Source: an uncultured Muribaculaceae bacterium
Lineage (GTDB): Bacteria; Pseudomonadota; Alphaproteobacteria; Rs-D84
Length of the DNA: 64,000 nt
Assembly: GCA_964619545.1 (NCBI GenBank)
Contig: CAZUED010000001.1
Location: 49,898 to 113,897 of the forward strand
Direction: 5' to 3'
Position 1 is the first letter of the stretch. Every line of letters begins with the position of its first letter. The translations under genes were made by a program, and so were the position numbers. Below the pieces are notes generated by a model. That model was not told the DNA's origin, did no database searches, and saw nothing but the letters and a program-made list of their open reading frames with translations. Positions 1-10,222 of the stretch are shown one piece after another.

Positions 1-2
1 AA

Positions 3-797
3 TTATCGGACATAATTTTTAATGGTCCAATGGAAGATTTAACATTAACAGCCAATGTCCAGCCCGCCATTTTCGCAGTATCTATGGCAATGTTGCGCGT
101 TGCCGAAAGTGTGGGACAAAGACCATTGGCTGCTTTTGTAGCCGGTCATTCTTTGGGTGAATATACCGCTCTTTGTGCTGCAGATTCTATCGGTGTTGCT
201 GATACAGCAAAACTTTTGCGTTTGCGTGGCGATGCTATGCAGCGTGCAGTGCCTGCTGGCAAGGGAGCAATGGCAGTAATAATGGGTAATTTGAGTATAG
301 AACAGATAACCCAAATTTGCAGCGATGCTGAAAAATCTTTGCCACCAGATTTTTTCAATGTTGCAGATGTTGCGAATGACAATGCACCAGGGCAAGTAGT
401 TATTTCTGGTGGCGAGGCAACGATTTTACGAGCAATGGAAATGGCAAAAGAAGTTGGTGCAAAACGGGCAATGCTTCTTCCATTGTCGGTTCCGCCGCAT
501 TCTCGCTTGATGGAGCCTGTTGCGACAGAAATGCGCAATGCATTAGAGCAGATAGAAATAAAAGAGCCAATTGTGCCATTGATTTCTAACCGGACTGCTG
601 CACCGATGACTGATGTGGCCCAAATCAAAGAAGCACTGGTTTATCAAATTACTCATGGTGTTCGCTGGCGTGAAACGATTCTGACATTGCCATCATTGGG
701 TGTTACAGAAACAATAGAGGTTGGACCCGGTTCAATCTTGACCGGTCTGACACCAAGAATAGTTCCTGAGTTAGGGGCAAAAAAATTAGGTGAATAA
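3..797 (+). CDS. fabD: Malonyl-CoA:ACP transacylase FabD, 5'-partial (frame open to window start)
   Basis: GHSLGEYTALCAA active-site serine motif; acyltransferase-domain length and order; ~50 aa of N-terminus lies upstream of the window. Confidence 0.85.
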   Translation, partial: LSDIIFNGPMEDLTLTANVQPAIFAVSMAMLRVAESVGQRPLAAFVAGHSLGEYTALCAADSIGVADTAKLLRLRGDAMQRAVPAGKGAMAVIMGNLSIEQITQICSDAEKSLPPDFFNVADVANDNAPGQVVISGGEATILRAMEMAKEVGAKRAMLLPLSVPPHSRLMEPVATEMRNALEQIEIKEPIVPLISNRTAAPMTDVAQIKEALVYQITHGVRWRETILTLPSLGVTETIEVGPGSILTGLTPRIVPELGAKKLGE

Positions 798-1053
798 CAT
801 GGCATATCAGCATGAAGATGATTATAGAAGAGGAAAGCTAATAAGAAAACAACGCAAATCTAAAAAATGTAAAATAGACCGGGAAAGCGAAAGTTTATTA
901 GAAGCAAAACATGTGGAAAAATTAAAAGATTCTAAAGGAGAGATTTTTAGATTTGGAAATGAAAGAGTTTCACATTTACAAAGACAAAAAGAAAGAAGAA
1001 GCACAGGAAGATATAAAGATCTGACGCGTGATTACGATACCAAAGGAAAATAA
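790..1053 (+). CDS. Very basic, Lys/Arg/Glu-rich small ORF (87 aa) in a purine-rich fabD-fabG spacer; may not be coding
   Basis: Open frame with ATG; extreme purine bias on the + strand; no recognisable domain. Confidence 0.15.
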   Translation: MNNMAYQHEDDYRRGKLIRKQRKSKKCKIDRESESLLEAKHVEKLKDSKGEIFRFGNERVSHLQRQKERRSTGRYKDLTRDYDTKGK

Positions 1054-1054
1054 T

Positions 1055-1780
1055 ATGTTGTTATTGAAAGATAAAGTTGCACTTATAACCGGTGCAACAG
1101 GCGGAATAGGCGAGGCAATCGCCAAAACTTTCAAGGATATGGGCGCAGTCGTTGTTATTACTGGTCGCAATGAAGCCAAATTGAAAGAATTGGGCGATGG
1201 ATTTATTCCAATTGCTGCCGATGTGTCAAAGCCTGGTGAAGCAGATCGCTTGGTCAAAGAAACAATCGAAAAAGCAGGTAAAATCGACATTTTAGTAAAC
1301 AATGCTGGCATAACAAAAGACACTTTGTTGATGCGCATGACCGACGAGCAGTTTGATGATGTAATAAATACAAACTTGCGCGCATGTTTTCAGCTGTGCC
1401 GTGCAGCGATTATGCCAATGATGAAAAACAAATTCGGACGAATAATCAATATGGCATCAGTCATAGGAACAATTGGTGGTCCAGGCCAGGCAAACTATGC
1501 AGCCTCCAAGGGTGGAATTATCGCAATGACAAAATCTATAGCAGCCGAGGTTGCGTCACGCAATATAACCGCAAATTGTATCGCGCCAGGATTTATAAAG
1601 ACAGCCATGACAGATGTTTTGCCAGAAGAATTAAAAGAAGCATATTTAAAGCAGATTCCAGCCGGCAGATTTGGCGAGCCTGCGGACGTTGCGAATGTTG
1701 CATTGTTCTTGGCATCTGATGCGGCATCATACATCAACGGCCAAACAATTCATGTAAATGGCGCAATGGCCAGATTTTAA
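1055..1780 (+). CDS. fabG: 3-oxoacyl-ACP reductase FabG (short-chain dehydrogenase/reductase)
   Basis: N-terminal KVALITGATGGIG Rossmann motif, NNAG, catalytic YAASKGG. Start chosen at MLLLKDK rather than the tracked ATG at 1028. Confidence 0.9.
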   Translation: MLLLKDKVALITGATGGIGEAIAKTFKDMGAVVVITGRNEAKLKELGDGFIPIAADVSKPGEADRLVKETIEKAGKIDILVNNAGITKDTLLMRMTDEQFDDVINTNLRACFQLCRAAIMPMMKNKFGRIINMASVIGTIGGPGQANYAASKGGIIAMTKSIAAEVASRNITANCIAPGFIKTAMTDVLPEELKEAYLKQIPAGRFGEPADVANVALFLASDAASYINGQTIHVNGAMARF

Positions 1781-1786
1781 AAAAAT

Positions 1787-1816
1787 AAGTGGATAAATTT
1801 TATCCACTTATTTTTT
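1787..1816. terminator. Bidirectional rho-independent terminator: an 11-bp palindrome (aagtggataaa/tttatccactt) with A-run and T-run flanks
   Basis: Perfect inverted repeat 1787-1809 followed by TTTTTT. On the reverse strand it also follows the stop of the 1815..2402 gene. Confidence 0.6.
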
Positions 1817-2402
1817 ATACCATAAAGGGCAGATTTTCTAGATTGCCTTCTTCTACACGAACATTGACATCTATCATTAAAAACACTTTTTCTTCCCCGT
1901 CTTCGGATTGTGCAGGCATGCCCCACATTTCTGGGCTGAGCAAATGGCTGGTATTTACAGAAATTTTAGTAACCAAGTGATCGTCATCCAAAAGAGTGTA
2001 GATTGGCCCGATGTTTCTGGGTGTGTTTTCGCCTATCTCGTGCTCATTCTGCGGACTGCGCAAAGCGTCCAAAAGGGTTTTCATTCTGTTATCAACGTCC
2101 GTGCGTGCCAGACCAACTATTTCAGGGTGCAGCAGCAATATATCTAATTCCGCCAGCAGTTTTAGATTCGGCGTGATTATTGGGTTCCAATCTATACCAC
2201 CAACATGTCTGGTTGAAATCGGATTTTTTGTGGGCGATGGCATCATATATTTCTGCAAGTTGTTCCATGGGCTGTTTTCGACCAGTTTTTTCAACTGGGG
2301 GTGGAACTTCATTCGTATGTTTGCAACATGTTGCGAGCGCTTTTTAGGGTTGGTTCGCAACTCTCCGAAATATAATAATTTAAACTTCATTTTGGTCTCC
2401 AT
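1815..2402 (-). CDS. Hypothetical protein (195 aa), unrecognised family
   Basis: Long ORF ending at the terminator; sits where acpP/fabF would be expected; no motif recognised. Confidence 0.4.
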   Translation of the reverse strand: METKMKFKLLYFGELRTNPKKRSQHVANIRMKFHPQLKKLVENSPWNNLQKYMMPSPTKNPISTRHVGGIDWNPIITPNLKLLAELDILLLHPEIVGLARTDVDNRMKTLLDALRSPQNEHEIGENTPRNIGPIYTLLDDDHLVTKISVNTSHLLSPEMWGMPAQSEDGEEKVFLMIDVNVRVEEGNLENLPFMV

Positions 2403-2535
2403 CTGTATATTTGCGCGAGAACGACGGCAAGGAAATTAATAAAAGAACGAGTATTTTCGCACAACAAGTATTTCAATACTTGTAAGCGGGAATACGAAGT
2501 TATTTATTTAATTTAATGCCGCCGCTTCGCGGTGA

Positions 2536-5124
<2,589 letters not shown>

Positions 5125-5126
5125 AA

Positions 5127-5420
5127 ATGATTAAACAAAGTGAAAAAGAAATTATAGCAAAATCTATTAAGGCATATAATTGCACAGTTCCACTGGTAAT
5201 TGAGGAGATGTCCGAACTTACCAAGGAACTGATAAAGCATTTTTATCGTGGCCGTCCGCGGCGCGATGAAATTATAGAAGAAATTTGCGATGTTTATATT
5301 ACTTTGGAAGAGTTGAAAATTTTTATGGAAATTTCTGACAATGAAGTAAAAAAGCAAATCGAAAAAAAGATTGATCGTCAAATTAAAAGATTGGCAGAAT
5401 GTGAAAAGCCAAAAAAATGA
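5127..5420 (+). CDS. MazG-like nucleotide pyrophosphohydrolase domain protein (97 aa)
   Basis: EEMSELTKEL ... EEICDVYITLEEL pattern typical of the small all-alpha MazG/NTP-PPase fold. Confidence 0.4.
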   Translation: MIKQSEKEIIAKSIKAYNCTVPLVIEEMSELTKELIKHFYRGRPRRDEIIEEICDVYITLEELKIFMEISDNEVKKQIEKKIDRQIKRLAECEKPKK

Positions 5421-5428
5421 TATGAAAA

Positions 5429-6097
5429 ATGTTCGCAAAGAATTGGTTTTTTGATTTAGAACGGCACTTGGTAAATTCTGGCTTGGATTCTGATTCAGAA
5501 ACTTTTGATGTGCTGAAGAAAAGATTGTCCCAACCTGTTTGTTTATCTGCTGATGATTTTGCACGTCAGGCAATTTATGTAATTTTGTCCGGCGGTTTCT
5601 CACAAAAAACAGCAAAAAAAGTACATGCGCAAATAATGGATTATTTGATTAAAAATAATAGTCCAAAATTTGATGATTTATTTGCAATTTTTCATAATAA
5701 AAACAAGATAAATGCAATTATAAAAATATGGGAAAACCGTCAAAAACACCGGGATTTTTACTATGATTTAGATTTTTTGGACAGCAAATTAGATTATTTA
5801 TCATCATTGCCACATATTGGAAAAATCACAGCAAATCATCTGGCAAGGAATCTGGGCGAAGACATTGTTAAATATGACATTTGGATCCAAAGGATCGCGG
5901 TGCGATTCAGAGAGCAAAGTGCAAACAGCAAAGAGCAATTATCAGATAAAATTAATAACCAGAAGCTAAATCCAGAAATAAAAAAAGCATGTGATGATAT
6001 GTTTGCGCACTTGGTAAATGAAACTGGTTTGCAACGTGGTTATATTGATGTTGTGTTGTGGAAGGCGGCGCAAAATCATTTGATTGATGGAATATAA
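5429..6097 (+). CDS. HhH-GPD superfamily DNA glycosylase (MagIII/3-methyladenine glycosylase-like)
   Basis: Helix-hairpin-helix LPHIGKITANHLARNLG followed by DIWIQRIAVRF (GPD-region equivalent); ~220 aa. Confidence 0.4.
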   Translation: MFAKNWFFDLERHLVNSGLDSDSETFDVLKKRLSQPVCLSADDFARQAIYVILSGGFSQKTAKKVHAQIMDYLIKNNSPKFDDLFAIFHNKNKINAIIKIWENRQKHRDFYYDLDFLDSKLDYLSSLPHIGKITANHLARNLGEDIVKYDIWIQRIAVRFREQSANSKEQLSDKINNQKLNPEIKKACDDMFAHLVNETGLQRGYIDVVLWKAAQNHLIDGI

Positions 6098-6098
6098 A

Positions 6099-6761
6099 AT
6101 GAATGTAAAAATAGAAGAATCTTGGAAGACTGCATTGGCTGATGAATTTGATAAAGATTATTTTATCAAACTGACAGATTTTGTGCGCAGAGAATATATG
6201 TCTGGCAAAAAAATCTATCCGGCTCCAACAGACATTTTTAATGCCTTTAATCTGTGTCCTGTTGACAAGGTTAGTGTGGTAATTATCGGACAAGATCCGT
6301 ATCACGAGCCAGGTCAGGCCCATGGTTTATGTTTTTCCGTTCAGAATGGGACGCAATTGCCGCCATCTTTACAAAACATTTATAAAGAAATACAAAATGA
6401 TCTGTTGCGACCCAGCGTGACGCATGGCGATTTAACCAGTTGGGCGCAGCAAGGAGTTTTGTTGTTAAATTCTACTTTGTCGGTCCAGGCGCATTTGGCC
6501 GCATCGCATGCAGGTAAGGGGTGGGAGCGTTTTACAGATGCAGTTATTCGTGCGATTTCGCATCGTAGTGGTCTGGTTTATATGCTGTGGGGCAGTTATG
6601 CTCAGAAAAAGGCAGAGTTGGTAAACGGGGCAGAAAATCTGGTATTAAAAAGCGTTCATCCATCACCATTGTCTGCACACCGTGGATTTTTTGGCAATCA
6701 TCATTTTTCGCGTGCGAATGAGTATTTGATAGCGCAGGGTAAAAAACCGATAAATTGGTAG
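6099..6761 (+). CDS. ung: Uracil-DNA glycosylase
   Basis: VVIIGQDPYHEPGQAHGLCFSV and HPSPLSAHRGFFG motifs. The alternative start at 6084 overlaps the upstream gene. Confidence 0.9.
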   Translation: MNVKIEESWKTALADEFDKDYFIKLTDFVRREYMSGKKIYPAPTDIFNAFNLCPVDKVSVVIIGQDPYHEPGQAHGLCFSVQNGTQLPPSLQNIYKEIQNDLLRPSVTHGDLTSWAQQGVLLLNSTLSVQAHLAASHAGKGWERFTDAVIRAISHRSGLVYMLWGSYAQKKAELVNGAENLVLKSVHPSPLSAHRGFFGNHHFSRANEYLIAQGKKPINW

Positions 6762-6809
6762 TTGGTTTTGCTTGATTTTCATAAATTGGCTGATATAATC
6801 AGGCCTCGT

Positions 6810-6884
6810 GGCGGGTTAGCTCAGTGGTAGAGCAGAGGAATCATAATCCTTTGGTCGGGGGTCCGAATCCCTCACCCGCTACCA
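6810..6884 (+). tRNA. tRNA-Met (anticodon CAU), elongator-type; could instead be tRNA-Ile2 if C34 is lysidinylated
   Basis: Folded by hand: acceptor ggcgggt/acccgct with a CCA end, D-arm gctc-agtggta-gagc, anticodon arm gagga-atCATaa-tcctt, T-arm ggggg-tccgaat-ccctc. The 1:72 pair is present and the anticodon stem has no three G-C pairs, so it is not an initiator. Confidence 0.8.
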
Positions 6885-7035
6885 ATTAATAAAATATCCC
6901 AAAGGGTTATTTTGTTAATTGGCGGGAAAGATTGGCATGAGGACCAGGGGTCCGCTTACGAGTAAGTGCGTGCAAATGTAATGCAGCACACACTCAACGA
7001 GTGCCAGCATGACGACCACAGGTCGGCGGAAGGAC

Positions 7036-7054
7036 ATCCCTCACCCGCTACCAA
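7036..7054 (+). repeat. 19-bp direct repeat copy of the tRNA-Met 3' end (atccctcacccgctaccaa, identical to 6867..6885); possible att-site remnant
   Basis: Exact 19/19 identity. About 33 nt of weaker similarity to the tRNA T-arm and acceptor extends upstream of the copy. Confidence 0.7.
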
Positions 7055-7071
7055 ATTTTGTATAGGGTTTT

Positions 7072-7145
7072 GCCCCAATAGTATAATGGTAGAACACGTC
7101 CTTGGTAAGGACGAGACGCAAGTCCGATTCTTGCTTGGGGCACCA
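7072..7145 (+). tRNA. tRNA-Thr (anticodon GGU)
   Basis: Acceptor gccccaa/ttggggc with discriminator A and a CCA end, anticodon arm cgtcc-ttGGTaa-ggacg, T-arm gcaag-tccgatt-cttgc. The D-stem has one A-A mismatch. Confidence 0.7.
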
Positions 7146-7225
7146 GAATAACTCACTTTGCAATTTTTTTTACTAGTTCCAGTTTTTTATACTTACATAT
7201 TCATTAAAAGATTTAGGAAAAAATC

Positions 7226-7633
7226 ATGACTAAGCAAAAAACTGATATTTCAACCATATTATCTCAAATCGATTACAAGGGTATTATTTATTGTCAAGAT
7301 TCTCACGCCGTCGTTAAAGTCAACGAGGAAGATGGAGATTATAAAATAAAGGATTTTATAACCCCAGGCGATGTTATAAATACTAATGTTTCAATGGTTG
7401 AAATAAAAGATGGCTGTTTGCAAACGTATAATGAAAATGATGTTGTTTATTATTTTATGGACACCACTTTATGCGATTTAATGCCACATAGTATTTTTTC
7501 AGGTTCTCAACCAAAAATCCTAAATATAGAGCCAGGTTCGGTATTATTTATAAAGAAAAAATCGGATCATTTAATAATAGGCTCTTTAAAAGCTATCATG
7601 ATAACATTGCCAAATAATTCATTAAAATCATAG
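7226..7633 (+). CDS. Hypothetical protein (135 aa)
   Basis: ORF with SD AGGAAA upstream; immediately downstream of the tRNA pair; no recognised domain. Confidence 0.35.
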   Translation: MTKQKTDISTILSQIDYKGIIYCQDSHAVVKVNEEDGDYKIKDFITPGDVINTNVSMVEIKDGCLQTYNENDVVYYFMDTTLCDLMPHSIFSGSQPKILNIEPGSVLFIKKKSDHLIIGSLKAIMITLPNNSLKS

Positions 7634-7641
7634 GAAATGCT

Positions 7642-7776
7642 ATGGCAAACAAAGATTCTCATAAAAATTATTGCGAAAATTACAATGGAACATTGTCTGA
7701 TTTGGCCCGCGACATTGGTGCGATGACTCATGAGGCGCGCGCAGAATTTTTTAAGTTTTTAGCCGATTATGTTTAA
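7642..7776 (+). CDS. Small ORF (44 aa, MANKDSHKNYCENYNGTLSDLARDIGAMTHEARAEFFKFLADYV). The frame continues after an in-frame TAA to 7922
   Basis: SD AGGAAA 5 nt upstream. Downstream in the same frame is a further 48-codon open stretch (KQSLADLSLGRVKYGQKLNDIADLLKQIKSLEDDAWAICKSKTKIISK); this may be one disrupted gene. Confidence 0.25.
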   Translation: MANKDSHKNYCENYNGTLSDLARDIGAMTHEARAEFFKFLADYV

Positions 7777-8098
7777 AAACAAAGTCTTGCAGATTTGTCG
7801 CTTGGCCGCGTTAAATACGGGCAAAAATTAAATGACATTGCAGATTTATTAAAACAAATTAAATCTTTGGAAGATGATGCTTGGGCTATTTGTAAATCGA
7901 AAACCAAAATCATATCTAAATAAAATCCTTGAAATGTTTTAAAATAAATATAAAATCAAAGTGTTCGTTGTGATGACCCGATTAACGACCGGCGAGCAAG
8001 AATAAAAATATAATAAGATACAAAACAGGGTGGCACCGCGCGCATTAAATCTCGCGCCCCTGCGAATTGGAAGATTCAAGAATAAAAAGGTGTCAGAT

Positions 8099-9859
8099 AT
8101 GCTTTCTCTTAAATCAAAATACCGCACTCATACTTGCGCAGAACTTGCTGATAAAAATGTTGGCCAGGCGGTTGTTTTATCCGGCTGGGTTCATCGCAAA
8201 CGCGATCACGGATCGTTATTATTTATTGATTTGCGTGATAATTATGGAATTACTCAATGCGTGTTTGACAGCATGGAAGATGCCGCAGACATTCGTCCTG
8301 AATCTGTTATTACTATTCAGGGTAAAGTCGTTGCGCGTGATAAAGATGCAATAAATAACAAAATCCCAACAGGACATATAGAAGTCAAAGTTGAAAAATA
8401 TGATGTTTTAACTGCGGCCGAGGTTTTGCCCTTCCAAGTTTTTGGCGAAGAGGATGTTGGGGAAGATTTACGCTTGAAATACCGCTATTTGGATTTGCGC
8501 CGTGAAAAAATGCACAACAAAATTTTGTTTCGCAATCGTGTTATAAAATCTATGCGCGATAAAATGTGGGATATGGGGTTTTCTGAATTTCAAACACCAA
8601 TTCTGGGTGCAACCAGTCCCGAAGGTGCGCGTGATTTTATTGTTCCATCACGATTGAACCATGGAATGGTTTATGCGTTGCCTCAATCACCACAGCAGTG
8701 GAAACAGCTGACCCAGATTTCTGGATTTGATCGGTATTTCCAAATTGCACCATGTATGCGTGATGAGGATTTACGCAGTGATCGTATGTTAGAATTTTAT
8801 CAGCTTGATTTGGAAATGTCTTTTGTAGAGCGCGAACATGTTCAAGAAGTTGCAGAAAACATAATTGTGCCATTGATCAAAGAATTTGCACCAAATGGAA
8901 AATTACATCCAGAAATTCCACAAATTCCATACGATACAGCAATGTTGAAATATGGAATTGATCGGCCAGATTTACGAAATCCAATTGAAATTTCTGATGT
9001 ATCAGAAATTTTCGCTGGCAGTGATTTTGGCATTTTTGCAGAAGCTGTAAAAAATGGTTCGGTCGTTCGCGCAATACCGGCGCCAGCGTCAGCAGATAAA
9101 CCACGTTCTTGGTTTGATAAAATGGAAGCGTTTGCCAAAGAAGAATTAAACCTTGGCGGATTGGCTTACATAGTTTTTGCGGATGAACCAAAGGGGCCTG
9201 TGTCTAAAAAATTAGATACAGACAGAATTGCAAAATTGAAAAAAATCGCTGGAAATGGTGCCACATTGTTCTTTGTTTGCGATAAAGAAAATGTTGCAGC
9301 CAAGGCTGCGGGCAAGTTGCGCACCAAATTGGGCGAAGATTTAAACCTGATAGATCCAAATGAATTCCGTTTGTGTTGGGTTGTTGATTTTCCAATGTTC
9401 GAAGAAGATGAAAATTCACCAACAGGTATTGCATTTGGACACAATCCATTTTGTGCCCCTTTAAATTCTGAAAATATAGATTTATCAAATCCATTAAAAT
9501 TAAAGGCATCGCAATACGATATAATTTTGAATGGATGGGAAATTGGTGGCGGATCGCTTCGCAACTATAACCCCGACACAATGATTAAATTATTTAATGT
9601 TGTAGGATATGGCGAAGACGTTGTTCGTGCAAAATTTGGTGGATTGCATACTGCATTTCAATATGGTGCGCCGCCGCATGGCGGGTGCGCATTGGGCGTG
9701 GAACGCATAGTATGTTTATTGCTGGGCGAACCAAACTTGCGTGAAATCACGGCTTTCCCGGCAAATCAACGTGGTCAAGATTTGATGATGGGCGCACCCA
9801 GTGCGCCAACAGAACAGCAACTTCGTGATGTTCATATTCAGTTCAGAAAAAAGAGCTGA
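8099..9859 (+). CDS. aspS: Aspartyl-tRNA synthetase
   Basis: N-terminal RTHTCAELADKNVGQAVVLSGWVHRKRDHG (OB-fold anticodon-binding domain), class II motifs FRNRV, QSPQQ, GIDRPD and the C-terminal GGGSLR. Start moved to MLSLKS (SD AGG 8 nt upstream). Confidence 0.93.
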   Translation: MLSLKSKYRTHTCAELADKNVGQAVVLSGWVHRKRDHGSLLFIDLRDNYGITQCVFDSMEDAADIRPESVITIQGKVVARDKDAINNKIPTGHIEVKVEKYDVLTAAEVLPFQVFGEEDVGEDLRLKYRYLDLRREKMHNKILFRNRVIKSMRDKMWDMGFSEFQTPILGATSPEGARDFIVPSRLNHGMVYALPQSPQQWKQLTQISGFDRYFQIAPCMRDEDLRSDRMLEFYQLDLEMSFVEREHVQEVAENIIVPLIKEFAPNGKLHPEIPQIPYDTAMLKYGIDRPDLRNPIEISDVSEIFAGSDFGIFAEAVKNGSVVRAIPAPASADKPRSWFDKMEAFAKEELNLGGLAYIVFADEPKGPVSKKLDTDRIAKLKKIAGNGATLFFVCDKENVAAKAAGKLRTKLGEDLNLIDPNEFRLCWVVDFPMFEEDENSPTGIAFGHNPFCAPLNSENIDLSNPLKLKASQYDIILNGWEIGGGSLRNYNPDTMIKLFNVVGYGEDVVRAKFGGLHTAFQYGAPPHGGCALGVERIVCLLLGEPNLREITAFPANQRGQDLMMGAPSAPTEQQLRDVHIQFRKKS

Positions 9860-9886
9860 TATAGTTGTAAGAATAGCTCCCTATTG

Positions 9887-9917
9887 CCTGTGATGTATCA
9901 CGGGCTTTATACTTTTA
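9887..9917 (+). terminator. Candidate rho-independent terminator after aspS
   Basis: Hairpin cctgtgat-gta-atcacggg followed by a T-rich tract. Confidence 0.35.
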
Positions 9918-9940
9918 CTGGGTTTATACAGAGGTTTTTT

Positions 9941-10222
9941 ATGACAAGTCGCGAACATCTGGAGCAAATTTCACGCAGTATGAATCTTACTTCATATCAG
10001 TTATATATTTTGGAAATGAACATAGATAAATATGATTTACATCGGCTTGTAAAGCATGGCGATTTTTTATATGCGCCATATAAAGTTGAATTTTCGCATA
10101 GTTTCAAAGATGCCATAAAAGAAATACTTTTTGGTCGACGTGCAGATTTAATAGGTCCAGATAGACTTTTGGTTTTTAATAAACGTGGAATAAAAATGCG
10201 TCGTGATGGAAGCTATCGCTAG
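9941..10222 (+). CDS. Hypothetical protein (93 aa)
   Basis: ORF with GAGG 5 nt upstream of the ATG. The tracked start at 9884 would overlap the terminator hairpin. Confidence 0.3.
   Translation: MTSREHLEQISRSMNLTSYQLYILEMNIDKYDLHRLVKHGDFLYAPYKVEFSHSFKDAIKEILFGRRADLIGPDRLLVFNKRGIKMRRDGSYR

Noticed and set aside
6886-7054. Possibility that the structured segment ending in ...acccgctacca is a tmRNA (ssrA), including the permuted two-piece alphaproteobacterial form
   Set aside because: There is no tRNA-Ala-like acceptor (G3:U70) and no convincing T-arm (ggcgg/tccct do not pair). No open tag-peptide frame ends in a hydrophobic ...AA stop. At 150 nt it is far too short. The order of pieces also does not fit the permuted gene layout.
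6956-7156. ORFs 6966..7151 (+) and 6956..7156 (-) in the ORF track
   Set aside because: They overlap the tRNA-Met repeat region and tRNA-Thr on both strands; these are spurious open frames in structured RNA DNA.
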